A stretch of 64,000 bases of DNA from NCBI GenBank assembly GCA_963664745.2, contig CAXXMC010000003.1, positions 62,634 through 126,633 of the forward strand. The letters are read 5' to 3'. Position numbers and translations under genes: made by a program. The notes under the pieces were generated by a model. The model did not search any database. It saw only the letters and a list, made by a program, of their open reading frames with translations, and was not told the DNA's origin. Below, one piece after another: positions 39,867 to 49,894 of this stretch; position 1 is the first letter of the stretch, and each line of letters begins with the position of its first letter. The stretch comes from Phycisphaerae bacterium (GTDB lineage: Bacteria > Planctomycetota > Phycisphaerae > SM23-33).

Positions 39867-40757
39867 TTATTGTGCCAGCTCGGAAAATTGGTCGGCGAAC
39901 CAGTCGTCCCCTAGAGCGAGAATTGTTGAATGACCAGCCAGCGGCAGGGCGACCATTTTTTTAGGCTGAGGGGCGGCATTGTAAAGATTTTGTCCCTGCC
40001 GGAAGGGCACGACGTTGTCGAGTTGGCCGTGGACGATCAACAATGGTCCTTGGATTTTCCTTGCTGCCGAGAGCACATTGGTATCGGCTGGGTCGAAATT
40101 TGCGATTTCACCCGCCCGGGCCCAGGCCTCCTGAAATTTCTCCTCGCTCATCAGCGGGACGTATCTTCGCGTGACGCTTCTGCCGTCCTCGTATGGCGCG
40201 ATTGCCATTACAGCCTGACAACGTGGGTCGATACCGGCATAGAGAATGGCAGTGGCGGCGCCCATGGAAAAACCTATGGCATTGACGGGTTTGTGGATTT
40301 CCCGCTCCGCCAGCAGGATATCAATGACAGCTTTGATGTCAAATTTTTCCTTGGCTCCGAAGGTGACGTATTTTCCGTCGCTTCTGCCATGGCTGCGCAG
40401 GTCTGGCAGGATAACATCGAAGCCTTTGCCAGCCAGTTTATTGCCCAAAGGCAGCAGGCGGGTCTTGCTGTCCATGATGCCGTGAATTATTACCACCGAT
40501 CCCCGCGACTTTTGGGTTTTGGCGCGGATGATCCAGACATCAAGTTTCGTTCCGTCAGAGGCCGAGATGCGTCTGTGGTCGTCGATTTGCCCCATATTCA
40601 GCATGGCTTGCGGATCGGCTGCGTAGGCAGCGAGTTTGCCGGGCGTGGTGTCCACTTCGACAATACGGTGGGCGTAATAGTCCGCACTGCAGCCTGTTAT
40701 CAGCCCCAAGCCGAGTGAAAACACAAAAACCGAAACCGGAAAAATTTTACTCCCCAT
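39867..40757 (-). CDS. Alpha/beta hydrolase lipoprotein
   Basis: Lipobox ITGC; IHG, DLRSHGRS, GFSMG, HGQLD, AGH. Confidence 0.88.
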   Translation of the reverse strand: MGSKIFPVSVFVFSLGLGLITGCSADYYAHRIVEVDTTPGKLAAYAADPQAMLNMGQIDDHRRISASDGTKLDVWIIRAKTQKSRGSVVIIHGIMDSKTRLLPLGNKLAGKGFDVILPDLRSHGRSDGKYVTFGAKEKFDIKAVIDILLAEREIHKPVNAIGFSMGAATAILYAGIDPRCQAVMAIAPYEDGRSVTRRYVPLMSEEKFQEAWARAGEIANFDPADTNVLSAARKIQGPLLIVHGQLDNVVPFRQGQNLYNAAPQPKKMVALPLAGHSTILALGDDWFADQFSELAQ

Positions 40758-40852
40758 ATTTTCTTTTCCTGTATCTTCCACTGCCAACAGGCAAGCCAAT
40801 ATCAGGCGTCGGCTTGCCGTTTGGCGAGGTGTCATATTTGTGATTGAAAAAA

Positions 40853-41857
40853 TTAATCCTCAGCTGGTGCTTCCTGTGTTGTAGTTTGGGCTTGTTTGAT
40901 CTTCAAAGGCTGGGGTTTTTCAGCGTCAGAGCTGTCCTTTACGCTGTCGAGTTTTCCCTTGGCGACAAGATCGATCTGATCAGGCACCCATTGTTCCCAG
41001 CCTATGCCCACAGCAGCCTGTTCCGGGCCTGGCATGATGATCTTGAGTTTCTTCGGGCCTTTTACATTCGCGATAATTGCTTCGCTGTCGCTGACGGGCA
41101 CAGCCAGGTCGAGCAGGCCATGGATAATGTAAACGGGACAGTTCAATTTTGCAGCGTCATTCACAGCAGAGGTCGTCTGCGGATCGAAGTCCGCGAGTTT
41201 GCCGGCATTGGAGAGGGTTTGCTGGAAATCCTGCTCTTTCATAGCGACATCGGCCATGAAAATCTTACGTCTTGCAGCTGAGGGGGTGTCTTTCCACGGC
41301 GCTACTACGACAACGCCCTCGACGTTTGGTTCGATGGCTGCGTACTGTATCGCGGTCGCACCGCCGAAGGTTACGCCGAAAACGTAAATAGGCTTGGCTG
41401 GGATCTTTTTCTCGCTGATGAGCGAATCGACGATGTTTTTGACGTCCTGTTTTTCCTTGGCACCGTAGGTGATGTATTTGCCGGTACTTCTGCCATGGCT
41501 TCGCAGGTCGATGAGGACAACGTCATAGCCCATCTTCGCGAGGTTCCCGCCGATGCCGATATAGTTTGCCTTGGACTGTTCCGTCCCGTGCAGCAACACA
41601 ACTGTGCCCAGGGCAGGCTGGGTTTTGGCGTTGATTACCCATGTATCGATCTCGACGGCATCGGGCATTGCGAAAGTCCGGTGCATATCGATCAGGTTGC
41701 GTTTAAGCAGTTGTTCGCCGGTACCCACCAGCTCCATCGTTATTATGTTTCGCGGAGCGGTCTTGGATTCGACAAGAGATTTCGTGTAAAAGTCCTGGTT
41801 ACAGCCAATGCAGGCTGTAATTAATACCATACAAAACAGGCCGATAGTTCGTTTCAT
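40853..41857 (-). CDS. Alpha/beta hydrolase-fold lipoprotein, paralog with degenerate catalytic triad
   Basis: Lipobox CIGC; DLRSHGRS, GVTFG, HGLLD; no His at the expected position. Confidence 0.85.
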   Translation of the reverse strand: MKRTIGLFCMVLITACIGCNQDFYTKSLVESKTAPRNIITMELVGTGEQLLKRNLIDMHRTFAMPDAVEIDTWVINAKTQPALGTVVLLHGTEQSKANYIGIGGNLAKMGYDVVLIDLRSHGRSTGKYITYGAKEKQDVKNIVDSLISEKKIPAKPIYVFGVTFGGATAIQYAAIEPNVEGVVVVAPWKDTPSAARRKIFMADVAMKEQDFQQTLSNAGKLADFDPQTTSAVNDAAKLNCPVYIIHGLLDLAVPVSDSEAIIANVKGPKKLKIIMPGPEQAAVGIGWEQWVPDQIDLVAKGKLDSVKDSSDAEKPQPLKIKQAQTTTQEAPAED

Positions 41858-42003
41858 GGTTCCGTCTCCATACGGTTCGGGTTTAGAAGTCAAATTCGAC
41901 TGTCATATATTTAACGTAATCGCCTGATGGAAAGAAAGTAGAATTTTTCAAAACAGTTGGAATTCATTCTCAGTATCAGGCAAGAGTCTTTACTCTATAA
42001 ATT

Positions 42004-43716
42004 TCATAAAAATTTCGACCGGTCCAGCCTGGCGTCGAGGACGGTCAGATTGCCAGCCTGGTTTAACGTGTGGACGCATCTGATTTTGCGAGGCTGACCG
42101 GGTTCGATTTTCGCGACTTGACGTTCGACGTATTCGGTCTCGGTCAGGGTGGTGATTTCGTACAGGCCGACGGCGTAGCCGTATTCGCGAGAGCAGTCCT
42201 GCCCAGGCCTATAGAGTTTGTCGTTACGCAAGAAAATTCTGCCCCCTGGCCTGGCCCGGCGGATATCGGAAACGATGGGGTTCATCGGATGACTCTGCCA
42301 GGTCTCGCTCAGCGGGCTATCGGCTGAGAACAGGAAAAGTTCATTGCTGATAGCTGAGCCAGGGTTTTCCTGAATGCTCGTGAACAGCCAATACTTGCCC
42401 GCGTGGTGCAGCAGGGTGGAGTCGAAGGCTACGATATTGCTCATCAGCGTCTTGCAGAGTTCCCAGCGTGTTGGAAATTGCGCACAGCGATAAACCTCGA
42501 TCGTGCGATTTTCGAACGTTTCGGGGATCATGTACAGCTGACCTTCGTGTTCGAATGCGAACGGATACGACATATGGTAAGGCTGCTTGATGATAGGTTG
42601 AGCCTGGGTGCAGTTGCCGGCCTGGTCGATGGTCATCCACGAAATATGGCCTCGCCCGGCCTGACGGTCGAACTCCTCAAGAAAAACGTGATACAATCCG
42701 TCCCGCTCAATTACGAACGGGTCTGCTTGGAATTTATCCTTCGACGGCAGAAGGAGTTTGAAATTTTTCAAGTCTATCCCAGGCAGGTCGGCCTTGTCGT
42801 CCTGGGCGGAGTCGAATGGCCCGGTCTCAGCCAGCCTGTACATTATCGCCCATTGCTCTCTGCTGAGAAGGTTGCGGATTTTTCGTTTGATTACCCGCCT
42901 GCCAAGCCCAGCCAGGAGCTTGAGAGTCCGCAAATTGCCAGGCTCGCGATATATCTCCGAGCCGCTTGTGTCCACATTCTTATTCTGCATTCCGGCTTGT
43001 GCAAAAAACTCGGCTAGGCCAAGTGTGTGCAATTTTTTCAACGTGCGGGGCAACATGGAAAGCGCACCCCAGAACAGCCCATTCTGCGTCCGCCGCACAG
43101 ACTCAAAATCCGTCGCGCAGAAAATCCGGTCGAGTACAACTCCGTCATCCAGTGACTCGTCGAGCTTTTGCAAGACGGCCCCGGTTACTTGACATTTTTC
43201 AAAAATTTCCCAGACAGCGGGCGGCCCGCCTCTAAATTGCGTGTTATCGCCGTGATGAAACGACCAGACCCCACCCGGCGCGAGCGTAAGAATGTTGCCC
43301 CGAAGAATCCGAAAACCGAAACGGACGAAAACGTCAATTTCATGCTCAGCTATTTTTTCCAGATCCGGCGATTCTATGTAGTCCGAAAATTTCGTCCGCC
43401 GGGGCGTGACGTTGATTACGGGAACCCCAGCTAGGAGTTTTTGGGCGTTTTTGATCTCGAATGCGTCGGGATCAGCCTTGGCGAATCGCTTTTCAAGCCT
43501 GCACAGACCATGCCATGCCAGCTGACCTCGATTTTCTATCAGCCGACGTGCCAGCGGTTTTCTGACAATCTTGGAATCCACGCCAGGCTGTACCACCAAG
43601 GTGATTTCCGTGTGATCAGCCCCGGCGATTCGCTCAAGACACCGCAGCACCCAGGCTGGGACGTCCAGCGAATCCACCAGCAGGCCAAGCCTAAGTTTTC
43701 TGGAGTATCGTTCCAT
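42004..43716 (-). CDS. Formyltransferase-like domain plus GH43-like beta-propeller protein
   Basis: GVWSFHHGD..RGGPP; ADPF, HMSYPF, RPGG, QDC. Confidence 0.7.
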   Translation of the reverse strand: MERYSRKLRLGLLVDSLDVPAWVLRCLERIAGADHTEITLVVQPGVDSKIVRKPLARRLIENRGQLAWHGLCRLEKRFAKADPDAFEIKNAQKLLAGVPVINVTPRRTKFSDYIESPDLEKIAEHEIDVFVRFGFRILRGNILTLAPGGVWSFHHGDNTQFRGGPPAVWEIFEKCQVTGAVLQKLDESLDDGVVLDRIFCATDFESVRRTQNGLFWGALSMLPRTLKKLHTLGLAEFFAQAGMQNKNVDTSGSEIYREPGNLRTLKLLAGLGRRVIKRKIRNLLSREQWAIMYRLAETGPFDSAQDDKADLPGIDLKNFKLLLPSKDKFQADPFVIERDGLYHVFLEEFDRQAGRGHISWMTIDQAGNCTQAQPIIKQPYHMSYPFAFEHEGQLYMIPETFENRTIEVYRCAQFPTRWELCKTLMSNIVAFDSTLLHHAGKYWLFTSIQENPGSAISNELFLFSADSPLSETWQSHPMNPIVSDIRRARPGGRIFLRNDKLYRPGQDCSREYGYAVGLYEITTLTETEYVERQVAKIEPGQPRKIRCVHTLNQAGNLTVLDARLDRSKFL

Positions 43717-43800
43717 TTTTTTAGAGTAACAGGTCGGCTGTGTGCTGTAAAACTTTTTCCAGCTGTGCCCAAAAGCTTCTAATAGGGATACTACAGAGTT

Positions 43801-44700
43801 TTATTTATTGCTGACGTCTAATCCGGCGATCCTATATTCCGTTGGTGAGCAATGGTAATATTTTTTCAGGCAGCGATGAATATGGCTGGTGTCGGTGAAG
43901 CCCCATTCTGATGCGATTGCCTTAATTGGTTTATTGGTACTGCGTAATAATTCCGCAGCTGCGCTTATGCGATATCGCAGACCGAATTCCGAGAATGTGA
44001 TTCCCATGGTTTCCCGGAAAAACTTTCCGAACGCATTTCGATTCATTCCGCTTATCCTGGCTGCCTGCTGGGTGGAGACGAAACCTTTGTTCTCGAATAC
44101 GAGTTTTATGGCTTTGGATATTTTTGCGGTAGGGTAGGAATATTTCTCGCCCGTGATTTTCGGAGCATCCCAATTGTCCATCAGGATAAGGAGAGTTTCC
44201 ACCAGTTTCAAATTCAACCAGACGTCATTGTTTCTAGGCTGATCTTTTATCAGTGATTTTATGTCTTTGGCAAGCCTGAGAGTTTTTTTTCTGAGGGACA
44301 TCGGCACGGCTGGTCTGTCGTTTGGCGTTGCGTCAAATGGGGCCAGTAAGTTCAGACTGTGGTTTGAATCCAGCGGAGTTTTTGTGAGCACCGGCGGAAA
44401 TATTATCAGGACAACCGCTTCGCATGGAGGTTGGGTGATCTGGTATCCATGTGGTTCCCACATGCCGCACAGCCAGGTCTTGCCGGGTGTGACGTCAAAA
44501 CTGCCCGTCCTGAAATGACGTCGCATTTTCCCCTTGAGCATAATTCCCAGCTCCAGGCCATAGTGCATGTCATACCGTAAGTCCTGCCTCTCTTGCCACT
44601 GATAGTGCAAAGCACTGATGGGCTGATGTTCCGAGATATTGAAGACCGGCTTTTCAAGCGAGGCCGTCCAGTTCTTCTGTTTTGCATTTGTTTTCGGCAT
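43801..44700 (-). CDS. AraC family transcriptional regulator
   Basis: Cupin MHYGLELG; C-terminal IASEWGFTDTSH...SPTEYR. Confidence 0.92.
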   Translation of the reverse strand: MPKTNAKQKNWTASLEKPVFNISEHQPISALHYQWQERQDLRYDMHYGLELGIMLKGKMRRHFRTGSFDVTPGKTWLCGMWEPHGYQITQPPCEAVVLIIFPPVLTKTPLDSNHSLNLLAPFDATPNDRPAVPMSLRKKTLRLAKDIKSLIKDQPRNNDVWLNLKLVETLLILMDNWDAPKITGEKYSYPTAKISKAIKLVFENKGFVSTQQAARISGMNRNAFGKFFRETMGITFSEFGLRYRISAAAELLRSTNKPIKAIASEWGFTDTSHIHRCLKKYYHCSPTEYRIAGLDVSNK

Positions 44701-44803
44701 AATAATTGGAGGCGTTCTATTGCAAACGTGTTGCAATTATACATCATTTAATTGCCGGAATACAACACATAAAACTTGAGTTAAATGTCAAAGCGCGTGA
44801 TGA

Positions 44804-44831
44804 TGTACAAATAATCTATCGCATTTGTACA
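44804..44831. promoter_or_regulatory. Candidate operator in the divergent AraC/amidohydrolase intergenic region
   Basis: IR TGTACAAAT-N10-ATTTGTACA; a second IR ATTGCAA-N5-TTGCAAT lies at 44719-44737. Confidence 0.5.
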
Positions 44832-44849
44832 ACAAATGAATGGGCATGC

Positions 44850-45929
44850 ATGCAGACTTCAGATGATAAATTTGAGCAAGATAAGATTTCGCGGGCGGCG
44901 TTTCCTGTTGTAGACGCGCATAACCACCTGTGGGGTAACTGGGACTTGGCGCGGATTGATGAAGTGATGACCCGGATGGGTGTTGTTTCATACTGCGATC
45001 TGACTGCCAATGTGCATGTCTCCTGGGTTGAGGGCGGATACGGCATAGGCCAGGGAAAGATTGAGGATTTTTTCGCAAATTGCGAAGCGAATTATCCGGG
45101 GAAGTTTTATTGTTTCACTACCGCTAAATTCGCTCAGCCTACGGACAAACCGCTTTTTGACGACCCAGCCAGGTTTGTTGACGAAACAATTCAAATGCTG
45201 CAAGAACACGTTGCCCTGGGCGCCCGCGGCCTGAAGATACTCAAAGAACTCGGCCTGCATTATAAAGACGCTGACGGAAAACTGATCAGCGTTGATGACG
45301 AACGGCTGGGGCCGATTTTTGAAGAAGCTGGCAGATTGGGGATCCCCGTTTTGACGCACCAGTCGGACCCGGCAGCCTTTTTCGATCCCGTAACGCCAGA
45401 GAACGAGCACTATGATTCTCTTTTGAAGTATCCTTCATGGAGTTTTGCCGACCCCAAATTCCCCCGCAAGGATGAGCTGATAAAAAGACGCGACAATCTT
45501 GTACGTTGTCATCCGAACACAACGTTCATTTTGCCTCATGTAGCTAATTATGCCGAAAGGCTGGATTATGTTTCGCAACTGATTGACGAAAATCCGAATG
45601 TGTATATCGACTTCTCTGCCCGCATGGATGAGCTTGGCAGAGTGCCGGAAAAGGCTCGGGAATTCTTCATCCGGCATCAGGACAGGATTCTGTTTGGTAC
45701 GGATATGCCCGTCTCTGCTGAGATGTATCAAAGTTATTTCCGTTTCCTCGAAACATTCGACGAGGGTATTGTCCCGCCGGATTATGACGGCACTTTTGAT
45801 CGTTATCGTTGGAAAATTTCCGGGATAGGCCTGCCGTCTGAGGTACTTAAAAAAATCTATCACCAGAACGCGTTGAAAATAATTCCAGGACTGAAAAAAG
45901 ACCTGCAAGATTCTCTATCGAAGGAGTAA
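44850..45929 (+). CDS. Amidohydrolase family protein (Amidohydro_2)
   Basis: DAHNH, GLKILK, HQSD, PHV, LFGTD. Confidence 0.85.
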   Translation: MQTSDDKFEQDKISRAAFPVVDAHNHLWGNWDLARIDEVMTRMGVVSYCDLTANVHVSWVEGGYGIGQGKIEDFFANCEANYPGKFYCFTTAKFAQPTDKPLFDDPARFVDETIQMLQEHVALGARGLKILKELGLHYKDADGKLISVDDERLGPIFEEAGRLGIPVLTHQSDPAAFFDPVTPENEHYDSLLKYPSWSFADPKFPRKDELIKRRDNLVRCHPNTTFILPHVANYAERLDYVSQLIDENPNVYIDFSARMDELGRVPEKAREFFIRHQDRILFGTDMPVSAEMYQSYFRFLETFDEGIVPPDYDGTFDRYRWKISGIGLPSEVLKKIYHQNALKIIPGLKKDLQDSLSKE

Positions 45930-45934
45930 AAAAG

Positions 45935-47317
45935 ATGATTAAACCGAAAGTTGGATTTATTGTTTACGGTGTGCATAAAGATGGCTTGAAGGATCCTATG
46001 GGCACCCCGTTTATTGATGCCGGGTTGATTTCCAATGCCAAAAAAGCCCTCAAGGACGCAGGCCTGCAACTGGTTACGCACGATGTCGTCCTGGCTACCA
46101 AAGAAGAAGCCAAAGAATGTTTCGCCAAGTTCAAGAAAATGGATGACCTTGACGCTGTAGTTCTGTTTTCCGGGACATGGGTGTGGGCATCTCACATGAT
46201 AGCAGCCATTCGAGACTTCGCAGGCTCGGGTAAGGGCATCGTCGTTTGGACAAATCCGGGCAGCCAGGGTTGGAGACCTGTCGGCGGACTCGTAATGCAA
46301 GGCGCGATGAAAGAGATCGGCCTGAAGCATCGCTTTGTTTATGGCAGTTATACCGACCCGAAGGAAGTAGAAAAGATCACGTCATACTGCCGGGCCAGTG
46401 CGATGAAGAACAGCTTGAATATGTCAACCATCGGCACTTTCGGCGGCAGGGGTATGGGACAGACCTGCGGCGTGGCTGATCCGTCGCAATGGATGAAAAT
46501 GTTCGGCGTCGATATAGATTCACGCGATACCACCGAATTGCTCGAAACCGCCCAGGCTGTGACGACAAGCCAGATCACAGCGGCAAGGAAGAAAATCCAG
46601 AAGCTCTTCGCGGAGAAAATCCCCGAAGACGAGATGTCGGAGAAATCAATTCGTCTCTACCTGGCTATCAAGCAGCTTATCAAGAAAAACGGGTGGGATT
46701 TTTACACCATTCAGTCATTCCCAGGCCTGGGCGATCAATACAGCGCGACCTGCTTCGCGCAAAGCATGATTCTCGAAGAAGGGATAGGCGCTTCGACGCT
46801 TGGCGATTTCAATACCGCGATGACGGTAAAATGCCTTACCGATCTCAGCAGCGAGCCGGTTTACTACGGTGACCTGCAACATATCGATAAGTCCAATAAC
46901 GAGATTAAGATTATTGGCGACGGTGCGTGTCCTCCTTCGTTGGCGGGCAAGCTTGGGCCTGCGGGTTTCGCGGAGCACGGCATTCCGACCGAAGGCGAAG
47001 CCGGCGGAATTTCCGTCAAACTTGTCTGCAAGGTTGGCGAGGGCGTCCTGGCCCGGCTTGGCAGAAACGATGGCCAATTTGAAATGGTCATAACCCGTTG
47101 CAGCATTTTTGAGCCCCCAGCCAAGACGCTCGATGCTCGTAAGAATGAATGCGGTATACCGTTCTGGCCTCACGGTTTTGTGAAGGCGCATTGTGATATC
47201 GATGCCTTATTGCAGGCCTGGAATAACGAATACGCCTGCCTGGGCTACGGCGAGCATCTGTATGAAGAACTGAAGTCATTCTGCGAACTGACCGGAATCA
47301 AAGCCATCGCACTGTAA
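45935..47317 (+). CDS. L-fucose/L-arabinose isomerase-like protein
   Basis: Family-like architecture (FSGTWVWA, GGRGMG, GD); substrate unknown. Confidence 0.7.
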   Translation: MIKPKVGFIVYGVHKDGLKDPMGTPFIDAGLISNAKKALKDAGLQLVTHDVVLATKEEAKECFAKFKKMDDLDAVVLFSGTWVWASHMIAAIRDFAGSGKGIVVWTNPGSQGWRPVGGLVMQGAMKEIGLKHRFVYGSYTDPKEVEKITSYCRASAMKNSLNMSTIGTFGGRGMGQTCGVADPSQWMKMFGVDIDSRDTTELLETAQAVTTSQITAARKKIQKLFAEKIPEDEMSEKSIRLYLAIKQLIKKNGWDFYTIQSFPGLGDQYSATCFAQSMILEEGIGASTLGDFNTAMTVKCLTDLSSEPVYYGDLQHIDKSNNEIKIIGDGACPPSLAGKLGPAGFAEHGIPTEGEAGGISVKLVCKVGEGVLARLGRNDGQFEMVITRCSIFEPPAKTLDARKNECGIPFWPHGFVKAHCDIDALLQAWNNEYACLGYGEHLYEELKSFCELTGIKAIAL

Positions 47318-47390
47318 TAATACATCGCAATCTATTAAGGATGATAAGTAACAACTGTTTGTTGTGTGAATAGTTATGTTGAAGGAGTTA

Positions 47391-47546
47391 AATTCGAAAG
47401 TCGAATGTCGAAATTCTAAACAAATACGAAATCCAAATTAACAACAACGAAATCACCGCGGCTGGAAAATAGAGGTTTTTGTTTTGAAATTTAGATTTTG
47501 AATATTTGAAATTGTTTAGGATTTAGGATTTAGTACTTCGGATTTT
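47391..47546. repeat. Inverted heptamer tracts (AATTCGA-like / TTTAGGA-like)
   Basis: 7-nt periodic arms in inverted orientation. Confidence 0.65.
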
Positions 47547-47593
47547 AAGGAAAAAAGAGGATTTGCAATGCTACTTTGCGCTGTAGTAATGAT

Positions 47594-48457
47594 ATGAATG
47601 GCATACGGTTACAATCAGGCCGATGGAACGTTGAATGCTTGCCAGAAGACGGAGCAAGGATATCGCGTCTGCAATTTGCGGGCCTGGATATCCTGACCAG
47701 AGCGCCAGAGTCATTTCAGCTGCCCGCCACAGATTTTGGCCTGTATGAAACCAGGCCAGTCTACGGATACGACGATTGCTTTCCGACCGTCGATAGCTGT
47801 CGGTTTCCCGTCGGGGATAATTTTGAAATTCCCGACCACGGCGAGTTATGCTGGCTGCCTTGGAAAGTCACGGCTGAAGGTAATTGTCTTGACTGTTCCG
47901 TGCGGAGTGCGATCCTGCCTGTGACTTTCAGGCGGAAGATGGTTTTCGGGGAATCGTCGTTGCGGTGGGAATTTGAGGTGGTGAATGAATCAGGCTGTGA
48001 AATTCCCATTTTCCACGTAATGCACGGGTTAATGTCATTGGATCAGGTCATCATAATCGAGCTTCCTGAGTGTGAAGGGATTTCAGACGAGATAAACGAC
48101 AAACAGTTACCGCATCGAAGCGGTGAAGAATTGTCGCAATGGCTGTTGGGCCGGGATCAAGGTGTTGCTGAGATGCTGCTGTTACGCAAGATTAAATCCG
48201 GCATGGCTTGCATTGGTTTTCAGAATGGTTTATTCTTGCAAATGGAGTTTTCTGCGGAGTTGTTTCCGACGTTTGGTATCTGGTGGAACAACGCGGGCTA
48301 TCCTGATGAGGCTGGCTGTCGGCGGACGGAATGTGCGTTTGAGCCGATACCGGGAACTAAGAGTTCGTTTGAGGCTTCTTATGCAGATGGAGTTCATCTG
48401 TCAGTGCCGGCTGAGGGTCAGCTGGGTTGGACTATAAACTGGAATATTTTTAATTAA
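47594..48457 (+). CDS. Galactose mutarotase/aldose 1-epimerase-like protein
   Basis: GARISRL, GYDDCFPTV, PDHGELC, AFEP. Confidence 0.8.
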   Translation: MNGIRLQSGRWNVECLPEDGARISRLQFAGLDILTRAPESFQLPATDFGLYETRPVYGYDDCFPTVDSCRFPVGDNFEIPDHGELCWLPWKVTAEGNCLDCSVRSAILPVTFRRKMVFGESSLRWEFEVVNESGCEIPIFHVMHGLMSLDQVIIIELPECEGISDEINDKQLPHRSGEELSQWLLGRDQGVAEMLLLRKIKSGMACIGFQNGLFLQMEFSAELFPTFGIWWNNAGYPDEAGCRRTECAFEPIPGTKSSFEASYADGVHLSVPAEGQLGWTINWNIFN

Positions 48458-48619
48458 CTAAAACTGACCCTTTTTGACAACAAGATTAACGCAAATATAG
48501 TAGAAAAAAAAGTTAAAAACACTTGTCATTCCCGCGCAAGCGGGAATCCAGAGTCTAAAAATAAAGCCCTGGATACCCGCTTTCGCGGGTATGACACAAC
48601 GAATCGGTCAGTTTGAGTA
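48456..48619. mobile_element. 165-bp MITE carrying a GTCA-type REP, copy 2
   Basis: Near-identical to 17543-17707; begins at the epimerase stop codon. Confidence 0.85.
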
Positions 48620-48717
48620 ATTAACGCGTTGCACACGGAATTTGCCGATTTTACTTCGATACGGAGTAACAAATACAAATTCCTATGCGATCAATTTTAT
48701 TTTTTGGAGACTTTGTA

Positions 48718-49722
48718 ATGCCCTTGGTTTTGGAACGTCAACACGTATTGGATGTCTACGCACAGGCAGCTGCGGATAAATGGGTTGTTCCGACATTCTG
48801 TAGTGAGAATCTCACGACGACCGAAGCGATTCTTGCTGCTGCCAGGGAATACGGCGAGCAGATAGGCCGGGCCGATGTTCCGGTCACCATCGCCATTACG
48901 AACCAGTATTCGCATCGCAGCCAGTCTGTTTATTACACGCATACGCGCAAGTGGGATATCGGGCTTAAGCTGTTCCTGGCTGATCTGAAAGTGCTGACGG
49001 ATAAGGATTCGCCATTCGCCGGGCTGAACGTAATGGTTCATCTCGATCATACCCAGTGGGACAGCGATCAGCCCTTGTTGCAATGGGACATGAACCAGTT
49101 CTCCATGATAATGTATGACGCTTCAACTCTCCCGTTTGAGCAGAATATCGAAAAGACAGCCGAGTTTGTAGCCAAGCATGGCAAGGATATTGTCATCGAA
49201 GGCGCGTGCGATGAAATCGTGGATGCGACCGGCGAGGATAAGAGTCAGCTCACCACGCCCCAGGCCGCTGAGGAATATTTCAGCAAGACCGGCGCTGATT
49301 ACATCGTAGCCAATCTCGGCACAGAGCATCGAGCCAGTGCAGCTGATCTGAAATATCACGGCGATCTTGCGCGTGAGGTAAGCAAAGTCACCGGGCCTAG
49401 GCTGGTGCTTCACGGCACGTCTTCGGTGGGGTCTGACCAGGTGAAGAATCTCTTTGCCGACGGTATTGCCAAGGTGAACATATGGACCTGTCTGGAGCGA
49501 GACAGTTCCCCAGCATTGCTTGAGGACATGATCAAAAACGCCGCCAAAATCGTGGGTCAGAAAAAAGCCCAGCAACTTCTATCAGCCGGCCTGCTTGGCG
49601 AAAATGCCGATCTTGACAGCAATCCTTCATTATCGCATTACACGACGACATATCGGCAGGCGATTGTTTTCGAGGGCATGAAAAAGATAGCATTGGACTA
49701 TTTCAAGCTCTGGTATGTGTGA
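48718..49722 (+). CDS. Class II fructose/tagatose-bisphosphate aldolase-like protein
   Basis: VHLDH, MYDAS, LGTEH, LVLHGTS, KVNI. Confidence 0.85.
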   Translation: MPLVLERQHVLDVYAQAAADKWVVPTFCSENLTTTEAILAAAREYGEQIGRADVPVTIAITNQYSHRSQSVYYTHTRKWDIGLKLFLADLKVLTDKDSPFAGLNVMVHLDHTQWDSDQPLLQWDMNQFSMIMYDASTLPFEQNIEKTAEFVAKHGKDIVIEGACDEIVDATGEDKSQLTTPQAAEEYFSKTGADYIVANLGTEHRASAADLKYHGDLAREVSKVTGPRLVLHGTSSVGSDQVKNLFADGIAKVNIWTCLERDSSPALLEDMIKNAAKIVGQKKAQQLLSAGLLGENADLDSNPSLSHYTTTYRQAIVFEGMKKIALDYFKLWYV

Positions 49723-49894
49723 GTGAAGGTATCAGAGTATCGCTGAGCTTGGCCTAATGTTCAGGCACGTCGTAAAAAAAGCACGAAGAATCGAAACCCT
49801 GTGAAATTTTCGTATCTCCCGTTCCGATGGAATGATAATAAGGTTTTGTCATGCGCATAGGGCGTTGCTGGCATATCCGAGCAGGAGATTTGCG

